Shown one piece after another: positions 9,212-18,109 of a stretch of 64,000 bases of DNA (the stretch's first letter is position 1; every line of letters starts with the position of its first letter). The stretch comes from Mycobacteriales bacterium (GTDB lineage: Bacteria > Actinomycetota > Actinomycetes > Mycobacteriales > QHCD01), in NCBI GenBank assembly GCA_040414495.1, contig JBEDUI010000054.1, positions 15,253 through 79,252 on the forward strand, read 5' to 3'. A program made the position numbers and the translations under genes. The notes under the pieces are model-generated. The model was not told the origin of the DNA, made no database searches, and saw only the letters and a list, made by a program, of their open reading frames with translations.

Positions 9212-9318
9212 GGCCCCATCGTGCCCGCTGCTGCTTGACAAACGCAATTGGACCCATGCAGTGTCTATATCATCGCGACCGCGCTTCGCCGGCCACCAAA
9301 CCACTTGTAGGAGCCCGA

Positions 9319-10488
9319 GTGCCCTTTCCCGCAGGCGATGCGCGGACGTCGACGCTCCCCGAGCCGGCGTGGGACGACCTGGCCACGGTCTCGGGTCGGC
9401 TGGCCGAGCGGGCTGCCGAGCACGACGAGCGGGCCGACTTCCCAGCCGACGGAATCGAGACGGTCTGGCGGTCGGGACTGCTCACCGCGACCGTCGGGAA
9501 GCAGTACGACGGCCCGGGGGCCGGCGTGGCCAAAACCGTCGAGATCCTTGAGCAGCTGGGCCACGGTGATCCGGCGGTCGCGCTGATTTCGGCGATGACG
9601 CTTTTTCTGCACGCCGCCGAGGCGCAGCGACCGACCTGGCCGGAGCCGTACTACCGCCAATTGCTGGCCGATTCGGCCGGCAAGCCCACGCTGGTCAACA
9701 TGCTGCGCGTCGAACCCGAACTCGGCACGCCGGCCCGGGGTGGCCTGCCGGCCACCATCGCCCGCCGCAACGGCTCGGATTGGCTGCTCTCGGGCCACAA
9801 GATCTTCTCTACCGGCGCGGTCGGGTTGGATTGGATGGTGGTCTGGGCACGGACCGACACCGATCCGGTTCAGGTCGGCGGTTTCCTGGTCCGCGCCGAT
9901 TCGCCCGGCATCACGATCCGCCCGACCTGGGATCACCTTGGGTTGCGGGCCAGCCGCAGCGATGACGTGCTGTTCGCCGATACCCCGGTGCCGGGTGACG
10001 CGACGGTCGGTCTCGCCCCGGCCGGGACTCACCAGCCGCCACGTGGCGCCTGGAATTCGCTCGGTCTGGCCGCGCTTTATCTCGGCGTCGCCCGGGCCGC
10101 CCGCGATTGGCTGACCGGCTTTCTGCATGAGCGGGTGCCGACTTCCCTGGGCCAGCCGCTCGCGACATTGCCGCGCATGCAGAACGAGGTGGGCGAAATC
10201 GACGCCGCACTGATCGGCGCCCGCGATCTGGTTACTGGATTGGCCGTACGCGCCGACGCCGGCGACGAGACCGCCGTGGCGCACTCCCCGATCGCCAAAT
10301 TGATCGCCACCCGCGCCGCCATTTCCGCTGTGGAACGGGCGGTTGCGCTGGTTGGTAACAATGCGCTCACCCGAAATGCGCCTCTGCAACGCCATTTACG
10401 GGACGTGCTGTGCAGCCGGGTGCACACCCCGCAGGACGATTCGATCGTCCACGCCGCCGGCATGTCCGCCCTCTATCCGGACCGATAA
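9319..10488 (+). CDS. acyl-CoA dehydrogenase-family flavoprotein (possible SfnB/DszC-like sulfur-acquisition oxidoreductase)
   Basis: GTG 9319 preceded by GGAG. ACAD N/M/C-domain-like sequence. Context is the ssuD operon. Confidence 0.75.
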   Translation: MPFPAGDARTSTLPEPAWDDLATVSGRLAERAAEHDERADFPADGIETVWRSGLLTATVGKQYDGPGAGVAKTVEILEQLGHGDPAVALISAMTLFLHAAEAQRPTWPEPYYRQLLADSAGKPTLVNMLRVEPELGTPARGGLPATIARRNGSDWLLSGHKIFSTGAVGLDWMVVWARTDTDPVQVGGFLVRADSPGITIRPTWDHLGLRASRSDDVLFADTPVPGDATVGLAPAGTHQPPRGAWNSLGLAALYLGVARAARDWLTGFLHERVPTSLGQPLATLPRMQNEVGEIDAALIGARDLVTGLAVRADAGDETAVAHSPIAKLIATRAAISAVERAVALVGNNALTRNAPLQRHLRDVLCSRVHTPQDDSIVHAAGMSALYPDR

Positions 10489-10497
10489 GGACACCCG

Positions 10498-11226
10498 ATG
10501 TCTGTCGAAACCGCCGCGCTGTTCCGCTGGAATCCACCGTCGGCGATTACGCCGCGCGGCACGGTCGTCGTGATTCCCGGCCGGGGCGAGCATGGCGGTG
10601 TGTACGAGCGCTTCGGGCTGCGCCTGGCCGCCGACGGTTACGTGGTGACTGCGATAGCAGCCGACGGTGCGGGCGATGCGGTCGCCGACCTGATCGCGTC
10701 CGAGACTCCAGCTCCGGTCGTCTTGGCCGGTTCCGATACCGGCGCGCTGCAGGCCCTGCTCGTCGCCGCCGGTACGGATGCGGTCGCCGCCGTTATCGCC
10801 GCGGGGACTCCGACCGGGTCGGCCGTGGGCGACGCCGACTGGGAAACCGAGCTGGGCCAGCGTACGTCGTGCCCGACCCACCTGGCCCGGCTCGCCGCCG
10901 ACGCCGACCTCGGCCGCGGTGCGCTCGGGGCGGCGATCCCGGCCGAGTTGACCGACGCCGCGACCGCGGCCCGGCCCCGAGTGCCGGTCCTGTTCGTACA
11001 CGGCGCCGCCGATTCGGTGGCACCGCTGGACGGCGTCCGGGAATTAGCCGCTGTGCTGCCGGCGGCGCTGGTCGCCACCGTGCGAGATGGCCGGCACGAC
11101 GCATTCAACGATATTGCGCACCGCAGCGTCGCGGCCACCGTCGTCCAGTTCCTGGAGCGGGTCCGCGCGGATGCCAGCACGGAGCCGATCGTGACCGTCG
11201 AGTCCACCGGAGACTGGGTGGCGTGA
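10498..11226 (+). CDS. alpha/beta-hydrolase-fold protein with Asp at the nucleophile elbow
   Basis: 242 aa. IPGRGEHGG oxyanion region, elbow LAGSDTGA (D80, codon 10735-10737), C-terminal GRHDAF. Confidence 0.7.
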   Translation: MSVETAALFRWNPPSAITPRGTVVVIPGRGEHGGVYERFGLRLAADGYVVTAIAADGAGDAVADLIASETPAPVVLAGSDTGALQALLVAAGTDAVAAVIAAGTPTGSAVGDADWETELGQRTSCPTHLARLAADADLGRGALGAAIPAELTDAATAARPRVPVLFVHGAADSVAPLDGVRELAAVLPAALVATVRDGRHDAFNDIAHRSVAATVVQFLERVRADASTEPIVTVESTGDWVA

Positions 11227-12317
11227 CCCTCCGTCCACAGTGGTATCTGCCGACCTCAGGCGACGGTCGCGACATCGTCGGCTGGGTGCACGCCCGTACG
11301 GCCACCACGACGCCGCGCGACCCGGGCCGGGCGCCTGAGCTGGACTACCTGGCCCAGATCGCCGGCGCCGCCGACCGACTCGGTTTCGAATCAGTACTCA
11401 CCCCGGTCGGCACCTGGTGTGAGGATCCGTGGATCACCACGGCCGCGTTGCTGCGCGAAACCCGGCGGCTGGCGTTCATCGTCGCGCTGCGACCCGACGC
11501 CGCCACCCCGACCCTGGTCGCCCAAATGGCCGCGACCTATCAACGTTTCTCGGCCGGTCGACTGCATCTGAACGTCGTGGTCGGCAGCGATGAGGCCGAA
11601 CAGCACCGATTCGGCGACTGGCTCGAGCACGACCGCCGGTACGACCGGGCAGCGGAATTCCTGCGAATTCTGCGCGGCGCCTGGTCCGGTGATTCTTTTG
11701 ATATGCACGGCGAGCATTTCCGGGTCGCCGATGCCACCGTCGCTCATCCGCCGAGCCCACAACCGCGGATTTACCTCGGCGGCGCCTCCACCGCCGCCGT
11801 GGCGGTCGCGGCGCAGCACGCCGATGTCTATTTGATGTGGGGTGAACCGCCGGCCGCCATCGCCGAACGCATCGCGGATGTGCGGGCGAAAGCCGCCGAA
11901 CACGGCCGAACCGTTGAGTTCGGCATCCGGCTGCACGTGATCAGCCGGGACACCGCCGACGAGGCCTGGGCGCACGCCGATCGACTGCTGTCCACTGTGG
12001 ATCCGGAGGCGATCGCCGTGGCGCAGGAGCGATTCGGCCACAGCACCTCGGTCGGGCAACGCCGAATGACCGCGCTGCATGACGGCCGTACCGATTCCCT
12101 GGTGGTTTCGCCCAACCTGTGGGCCGGATTTGGCTTGGTGCGGCGGCATGCCGGCACGGCCCTGGTTGGCAGCCACGACGAGGTCGCCGACCGGTTGGCC
12201 GAATACCACGACCTCGGCGTCACCCACGTCATCCTCTCCGGACAGCCGCACCTGGAGGAGGCGTACACCGTCGCCGAAGGGCTCTTTCCCGCATTACAAC
12301 GGCGAAACCTACTGTGA
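11223..12317 (+). CDS. ssuD: FMNH2-dependent alkanesulfonate monooxygenase
   Basis: GTG 11223 (GTGA overlap). Collinear with E. coli SsuD as I recall it (WYLPTSGDG, EDPWITTAAL, LYLMWGEP, SPNLWAGFGLVR, SGQPHLEEAY). Confidence 0.85.
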   Translation: MTLRPQWYLPTSGDGRDIVGWVHARTATTTPRDPGRAPELDYLAQIAGAADRLGFESVLTPVGTWCEDPWITTAALLRETRRLAFIVALRPDAATPTLVAQMAATYQRFSAGRLHLNVVVGSDEAEQHRFGDWLEHDRRYDRAAEFLRILRGAWSGDSFDMHGEHFRVADATVAHPPSPQPRIYLGGASTAAVAVAAQHADVYLMWGEPPAAIAERIADVRAKAAEHGRTVEFGIRLHVISRDTADEAWAHADRLLSTVDPEAIAVAQERFGHSTSVGQRRMTALHDGRTDSLVVSPNLWAGFGLVRRHAGTALVGSHDEVADRLAEYHDLGVTHVILSGQPHLEEAYTVAEGLFPALQRRNLL

Positions 12318-12788
12318 ATTGCCCTCGTCGACCTCGCCGGTCGTCATGACCGGCCCGACCCAGCGCAGATCCGGCACGTTCACCACGATCGCCTCCTGAG
12401 TCGTACGGGCTATCACGACGACCGCTTCAGCATCGGTATCGGGATTCTCCTCGCGGTGTGGCACCCACGGCGGCACGAAGACGTAGTCCCCCGGCCCGGT
12501 GACGATCCGCGTTTCCTTACTCTCATCGTCCGGGTCGAGAAAGACGAAGACCGGATTCCCGCTCACCACGTAAATGGCGGTCTCCGAATGCCCGTGATGG
12601 TGATTACCCGAATTCGTCGATGCCGGGACATGCGTCTGTCCCATCCAGAGGTTCTTCGCCCCCACGGTCTTGCCGCTGATCGCCTCCAACCGCCGCATAC
12701 CCGACGTTTGAGCGGTGTCGGAGACGAGCCCCGAGGGCGCGATGTGATGCAAGCGCTGGTGAAATGCGTCGTGCGGCTCGTCGCTCAT
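12309..12788 (-). CDS. cupin-domain protein
   Basis: 159 aa. Cupin metal motif GNHHHGHSETAIYVVSG...PPWVPHRE. Last gene of the ten-gene operon. Confidence 0.75.
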   Translation of the reverse strand: MSDEPHDAFHQRLHHIAPSGLVSDTAQTSGMRRLEAISGKTVGAKNLWMGQTHVPASTNSGNHHHGHSETAIYVVSGNPVFVFLDPDDESKETRIVTGPGDYVFVPPWVPHREENPDTDAEAVVVIARTTQEAIVVNVPDLRWVGPVMTTGEVDEGNSQ

Positions 12789-14014
12789 ATGTTGTCGCTC
12801 CGTATCGTGTTTTTGCCCAATAACAGCGCCTGTGTCGTTACGGACTCGGCGAAGCTGGGGTCGTTCACGTGGGTATCAAGCAGTCTAAGCTCGATGTCCG
12901 CCCGCAGGTCTTGCTCGAGTGCCGTGACAAAGGCCGCATCGGCGACCGGATCGTGAAAAGGCTGGCCCGCCACCGAAATCTGGGAGAAGCCGCGCTGCGG
13001 CACGAGCACCGACACCGGGCCGCGGGCCCGATTCAGTTTCGCTGCCATTCGCCGGCCCAACTCGGCGCATTCCGCGGTGTTGGTGCGCAGCAGCGTGACA
13101 TTCCGGTTGTGCGCATGCAGCGTTCGGTCGCGAAATGCCGCTGGCACGGTCTCGGGCGGACCGAAGTTCACCATGTCCATAGCGCCGGGCACCACGACCT
13201 GCGGCACGCCGTGTTCGGCCGCGGCCGTGAGTCGATCCGGACCGGCCGAACACACGCCCCCCAGAAGGTCGTCGGCCAGTTCTGTTGTGGTCAGATCCAC
13301 GACGAGGTCGATTATGCCCGCGCCGATCAACGCCTCGAGCGTGCGGCCGCCGGTCCCATTGCCGGCGAACGTCACCACCTCGTAGGCGTGCTCCTCCAGT
13401 TGATGCCTGATCGCGGTGGCGGCCGTGGTCGTCACCCCGAATACCGTGATCGCCGCGACCGGCCGATTCTCCGATACGTCAAGGGAAGGACGGGTCGCCA
13501 TGCCAGCCGCCGCGGCCGCCGCATTGGCCAATACCTCGCGCGACATCCGGTTCAGACCGTTGATATCGACCACCGGATAAAGCAGCGCCAGGTCCGTCGT
13601 ACCGACATACGGCCGGGTGTCTCCCGCCGCCACGGTCGCCACCAGCAGCTTGGGTACGCCGAAAGGCAGGGTCGCCGCGACGGCCGCGAACATCACGGCT
13701 GTGTTCGACCCACCGACCGCCAGCGCGGCATCGAGCCGCCCCTCCGCGTGCAGCTGACGAGCAACCGCCGCGGCGCCGCGGGCCATCGCCGCCACCGCGG
13801 CACCCCGGTCGCCGGCCCGGACCAGATCGGCCAACGACACGCCGGCCGCGGCGGCCACCTCCTCGCGCGTCACGTCCGCCGCGATGGTCGGCGAGCCCAA
13901 CACGCCACAGTCCACAAGGGACACCTGACAGCCGTGTAACTCCACCCGTTCGCGTACGAACGCGTACTCCTCGCCCTTTGTGTCCAAGGGGCCAACGAGT
14001 ACGACCGAACTCAT
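12785..14014 (-). CDS. UPF0261 (Tm-1 N-terminal-like) ATP-binding-type protein
   Basis: 409 aa. MSSVVLVGPLDTKGEEYAFVRERV...VDCGVLG is typical of UPF0261. ATGA overlaps on both sides. Confidence 0.75.
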   Translation of the reverse strand: MSSVVLVGPLDTKGEEYAFVRERVELHGCQVSLVDCGVLGSPTIAADVTREEVAAAAGVSLADLVRAGDRGAAVAAMARGAAAVARQLHAEGRLDAALAVGGSNTAVMFAAVAATLPFGVPKLLVATVAAGDTRPYVGTTDLALLYPVVDINGLNRMSREVLANAAAAAAGMATRPSLDVSENRPVAAITVFGVTTTAATAIRHQLEEHAYEVVTFAGNGTGGRTLEALIGAGIIDLVVDLTTTELADDLLGGVCSAGPDRLTAAAEHGVPQVVVPGAMDMVNFGPPETVPAAFRDRTLHAHNRNVTLLRTNTAECAELGRRMAAKLNRARGPVSVLVPQRGFSQISVAGQPFHDPVADAAFVTALEQDLRADIELRLLDTHVNDPSFAESVTTQALLLGKNTIRSDNI

Positions 14015-15162
14015 CGCGCCATCAGGTCGTTCGGCCGGCCGAAATCGGGAACCGTAACGGCTTCCCCGCCGCGCATCGCCGAGGCGTGACCGGCAATACC
14101 CGGCGCGGTCCAGGTGGCGGCGGTTATCGCGTCGACCAACGGCGTGCGGTCCTCGACGATGCTGCGGACAAATTCATGCACCAGGTGCGGATGGGACCCC
14201 GAATGCGCGCTACCTACCTCAACCTCGGGCCGGCCGCGACCGGGGTTGTACCGGTGCGGTCGGGTAAACGGGGCGATCGGCGGAGGCAGCAGGTCGGCCC
14301 GGTCCGGCGTCGTCACCACACTCGCGGTCCCCGACCGGCCCCGTCGACCGGCGACCTGCGGCCGCAACTCGAAAAGCGTGAACTCGTCCTCGTTCGCTAT
14401 TTGCGGCCATTCCAGGCCCCGGTCCTGCCCGTAAACGCTGAAACCCTCCTGGTATTTACGCGCCACCTGGAAGAAGCTCACCGTCACCTCGGCCACCAGA
14501 TCGTCCCGATCAAGTTGGAACAACGCGGTCTGGAGTGGATACGGGTTGTCGAAGTCGCCGACCCGGTCCTGAGTTAGCCGGCCCGAACCCATTCCGTGTG
14601 CCTTCAGCACGCGGGCACCGGCCAGGGCCAGTAGCGGTGAAAGGGCGTGTGTGGAATACGTCATCGGCGGATATCCCCACCAGTAGCGGGGATATCCATC
14701 GAGATCTTGGATATGCGTACCGCGCAGGTAGGTCAGCGGGCCCAATTCGCCGCGTCGGTGCAGGTCTCGGGCATACAGAAATTCCCGACCGAAGACCATG
14801 GTCTCCATCATCATGTACCGCTTACCGGAATCCTGCTGCGCGGCGATGATCTGCTCGATCCCGTCGATACTCGTGGCCATCGGTACCGCGCAGGCAGCGT
14901 GCCGGCCACTACGTAATACCGCCACGACCTGCTCGACGTGGAAACGCACCGGGGTGGCTATATGCACGGCGTCGTATCCGTCGCTGGCCAGCAATTCCTC
15001 GATGCTGGCGAATCGATCGTCCACACCGTACCGATCGGCAACCTCGTCCCGTACCGCCGGATCGAGGTCGACCACGCCGACCCGGCCCACGTCAGGATGG
15101 CTCCGGTAGATCGGCAGGAATTCGCTCCCGAACCGCGCCCCCACCACCGCGACGTCGATCAT
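14011..15162 (-). CDS. Gfo/Idh/MocA-family NAD(P)-dependent oxidoreductase
   Basis: 383 aa. N-terminal Rossmann MIDVAVVGARFGSEF. Confidence 0.8.
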   Translation of the reverse strand: MIDVAVVGARFGSEFLPIYRSHPDVGRVGVVDLDPAVRDEVADRYGVDDRFASIEELLASDGYDAVHIATPVRFHVEQVVAVLRSGRHAACAVPMATSIDGIEQIIAAQQDSGKRYMMMETMVFGREFLYARDLHRRGELGPLTYLRGTHIQDLDGYPRYWWGYPPMTYSTHALSPLLALAGARVLKAHGMGSGRLTQDRVGDFDNPYPLQTALFQLDRDDLVAEVTVSFFQVARKYQEGFSVYGQDRGLEWPQIANEDEFTLFELRPQVAGRRGRSGTASVVTTPDRADLLPPPIAPFTRPHRYNPGRGRPEVEVGSAHSGSHPHLVHEFVRSIVEDRTPLVDAITAATWTAPGIAGHASAMRGGEAVTVPDFGRPNDLMAR

Positions 15163-15476
15163 GCCTGCACCGGAATCACGGTCTGTACCTCACCGTAGAG
15201 AAATGTAACCCCGCCGGTGGCGAAATTCTCCAGGTCCGCCGTGGATGCCCGCCCCTCCGGGGAATCGAAGATCGCCAGCAGCGCGTCCCGGCTGGGCGCA
15301 TACAGCTCGGCGATCAGATAGTACGGGCTTGGTCCCTCGCCCGGATCGACTTTCGTGATCGTCCAGCCGGTGAGGCCGCGCATCTTCCGCGCGATCGGAA
15401 TGTGGACCGAGTCGTAATACGAGTCGAAATGCTGCGGGTCCTTGGGGTGTCCATAAAGGATCGTCGCTTTGTACAT
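15159..15476 (-). CDS. EthD-family protein
   Basis: 105 aa. MYKATILYGHPKDPQHFDSYYDSVHIPIA is an EthD/TIGR02118-like signature. Confidence 0.75.
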   Translation of the reverse strand: MYKATILYGHPKDPQHFDSYYDSVHIPIARKMRGLTGWTITKVDPGEGPSPYYLIAELYAPSRDALLAIFDSPEGRASTADLENFATGGVTFLYGEVQTVIPVQA

Positions 15477-15479
15477 CGG

Positions 15480-16307
15480 TCAGCCTCCCAGCGGCAGCTC
15501 GACGAACCTGCGCATGTGTTCGGTCATCGCCACCTCGGTGGGCAGCCTTTCCATACTGGAGGCGCCGAGAAATCCGTGAATTCCCGGCACCTCGGCCAGC
15601 ACCCGCGCCGCATCGTCCGGCGTCGCGATCGGTCCACCGTGGGCGAAGATGAAGCTGTCCGCGTTGGTCGATCGCGCCGCATCCCGGATCCGGCCGACGA
15701 ACTCGATCGCCTCGTCCAACGACAGCGCGGTTTTCGCGCCTATCGTCCCCGACGTGGTCAATCCAGCATGCGCCACGACCGCGTCCGCGCCGGCCGCCGC
15801 CATAGCGCGGGCCTCGTCCTCGTCGTGTACGTATGCGACGGTCAGCAGGTCCAACTCGCGGGCCGAGGCGATCAGCTCCACCTCTTTGTCGAAGCCCAGT
15901 CCGGTCTCCTCGAGATTGGCCCGGATAATGCCGTCGAACAGGCACACGGTCGGGTAGTTCTGCACACCGGCACAGCCAAGCTCCTTCAGCTGACGCAGGA
16001 AATACGGAATTACGCGGAATGGATCCGTACCGCAGACACCGGCGACCACCGGAACCGTGTCCACCACCGGCAGCGTCTCGGTCGCCATTTCCCAGACGAT
16101 CTGGTTCGCATCGCCGTAAGGCATGAGTCCGGCCATCGAGCTGCGACCGGCCATGCGGTACCGCCCGGAGTTGTAAATCACGACGAAATCCAGACCAGCC
16201 GCCTCGGCGCACTTCGCCGAGATGCCGACTCCGGCTCCACCGCCGATGATCGGTCGTCCGGCGGCGACCTTGGACCGGAACGATTCCAGGATGTGCTGCC
16301 GAGTCAT
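15480..16307 (-). CDS. phosphoenolpyruvate-hydrolase-like TIM-barrel protein (Tm-1 C-terminal-like)
   Basis: 275 aa. PIIGGGAGVGISAKCAEAAGLDFVVIYNSGRYRMAG...GVQNYPTV. Confidence 0.75.
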   Translation of the reverse strand: MTRQHILESFRSKVAAGRPIIGGGAGVGISAKCAEAAGLDFVVIYNSGRYRMAGRSSMAGLMPYGDANQIVWEMATETLPVVDTVPVVAGVCGTDPFRVIPYFLRQLKELGCAGVQNYPTVCLFDGIIRANLEETGLGFDKEVELIASARELDLLTVAYVHDEDEARAMAAAGADAVVAHAGLTTSGTIGAKTALSLDEAIEFVGRIRDAARSTNADSFIFAHGGPIATPDDAARVLAEVPGIHGFLGASSMERLPTEVAMTEHMRRFVELPLGG

Positions 16308-16317
16308 GAAACGCCTT

Positions 16318-17184
16318 TCATTTCACGGCGCCGCTGAGCATGCCCTGCATCAGGCGGCGCTGACTGAAGATGAACAACACCAGTACGGGCAATGTGATCA
16401 GCACGCCTAACGCCATCAAGTGTCCCCATTCGGTGCCGTAGAGCGTGGTTTGCAACGCCAGCATCGCACCGACCGGATAAGCGTCCGGTTTGGACAGGAA
16501 CGTTGTGCCGTACAACAGCTCGCCCCAGGACTGCATGAAGATCATGATCGCGACCGTGATGATTCCGTTGCGAGCCAACGGCATCACCACTCTGGCGAAG
16601 ACCGACCAGATCGAGGCGCCGTCCATCGTCGCCGCCTCCTCCAATTCGACCGGCACACCGAGGAAAAAGGGACGGATCAGCAATATCGCGAACGGCAGCA
16701 CCATTGCGCTGGTGGCCAGCACGATGCCGAAGATCGTATTGGTCAGGTGCCATTGGGCGAGAATGCTGTACAGCGGCATGATCGTCATTGCCTGCGGAAC
16801 CATCTGCAGCACAATCAGCAGCCCCAACGTCACCGCGATGATCCGCGCCCACACCCGATTACGTCGGCGGGCCAACGCATACGACGCGGGGACGGCCACG
16901 GCGAGTGTCAGTACGGTTGTCCCGATGCCGATCTGCAGCGAGTTGAGCATGGCCGGCCACACCTGCCCGACCACACCGCGGTACTGGGCCAGCGTCGGGG
17001 TGAACGTCAGCCCGGACGGATTTTTCAGAATCGCGGATTCGGGCTTGAACGACGTGGCCAGCACCCACAACAGCGGAATTCCGTAGAGCAGGAAGATAAT
17101 GACACGCCCGATGCGCGGGCCGACACCCTGCCGATCGTGGACCGAAACCGCCGCCCGGCGGCGGGTAGCGAGCGAGCTGGCCAC
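16318..17184 (-). CDS. carbohydrate ABC transporter permease (CUT1, MalG-like)
   Basis: 288 aa, 6 TM, EAA loop LEEAATMDGAS. Confidence 0.85.
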   Translation of the reverse strand: MASSLATRRRAAVSVHDRQGVGPRIGRVIIFLLYGIPLLWVLATSFKPESAILKNPSGLTFTPTLAQYRGVVGQVWPAMLNSLQIGIGTTVLTLAVAVPASYALARRRNRVWARIIAVTLGLLIVLQMVPQAMTIMPLYSILAQWHLTNTIFGIVLATSAMVLPFAILLIRPFFLGVPVELEEAATMDGASIWSVFARVVMPLARNGIITVAIMIFMQSWGELLYGTTFLSKPDAYPVGAMLALQTTLYGTEWGHLMALGVLITLPVLVLFIFSQRRLMQGMLSGAVK

Positions 17185-17185
17185 C

Positions 17186-18109
17186 TCAGGCCTCCTTCCG
17201 GCTGGCCCGTAAATAGGCGAGCCCCAGCGCGGCGACCATGATCATGGACAAGATTGCCTCAACCGCTCCCCGGCCGAAGTCGAACTTGATGAACGCGTCC
17301 CGATAGGACAGATACGGCAGCGTGGTAGTGGTCGTGCCCGGCCCGCCGTGCGTGACGACGTAGATGTAATCGAAACTGCGGAAGCCGTACATCATGTTGA
17401 GGATCGTGAGAATAAGGAATGTCGGTCGCAGCAGCGGCAGAACGATCCGAACCCGGGTCTGCCAGCGGCTCGCGCCGTCCACCGCGGCCGCGTCGAGCAG
17501 TTCGGTCGGGATATTCAGCAGCGCCGCCCGGAATAGCACCACCGACAGAGGCAGGCTCGCCCAGCACGCGATCAACGAGACCGTCCAGATCGATAGCTGG
17601 GCGCTGCCGAGCCAGTTCACCGCACCCAGGCCAACCTCGCCGAGGAGCTTGTTGACGAAACCGTTGTCGGCAAACAGAAACCGCCAGATATTGCCCACCA
17701 CGGCCGAGGGCAGCGCCCAGACGAACACCATCAGCGCCTGCACGAACCGCGCATCCAGCGACCGGTAGGAAAGCCACGACGCGAAGACGAAACCCAGCGC
17801 CAGGTCCACCACCGTGACGCCGGCGGTGAAATAGACAGTGGTCTTGAGCGATCCCCAGAATTCGGCCGATGACAATACGGGCCCGAAGTTGTGGAAACCC
17901 ACCCAGTGCCAGCCGCTGAGCAGGTTGGTCGGGCCGACGTCGGAGAACGCCATGCGAATGAGCGTGATCAGCGGGTACAGCGAGAACACGACCAGCAGTG
18001 CCACCGCCGGCCCTAAAAACCACACCATCCCAGTGCGCCGTCGGCGCGGCCGCCGGATCGCGATTGATCCGCGCCGTGGCGGTGCCGAAAGCTCAAGGTC
18101 AGCAGCCAC
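17186..18109 (-). CDS. carbohydrate ABC transporter permease (CUT1, MalF-like)
   Basis: 307 aa, EAA loop LLDAAAVDGAS. Confidence 0.85.
   Translation of the reverse strand: MAADLELSAPPRRGSIAIRRPRRRRTGMVWFLGPAVALLVVFSLYPLITLIRMAFSDVGPTNLLSGWHWVGFHNFGPVLSSAEFWGSLKTTVYFTAGVTVVDLALGFVFASWLSYRSLDARFVQALMVFVWALPSAVVGNIWRFLFADNGFVNKLLGEVGLGAVNWLGSAQLSIWTVSLIACWASLPLSVVLFRAALLNIPTELLDAAAVDGASRWQTRVRIVLPLLRPTFLILTILNMMYGFRSFDYIYVVTHGGPGTTTTTLPYLSYRDAFIKFDFGRGAVEAILSMIMVAALGLAYLRASRKEA

Noticed and set aside
10410-11222. 635-aa track ORF suggesting a giant N-terminally extended SsuD
   Set aside because: The first ~270 residues are Arg/Pro/Gly-rich junk overlapping the real hydrolase gene in another frame. 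The SsuD homology starts at GTG 11223.
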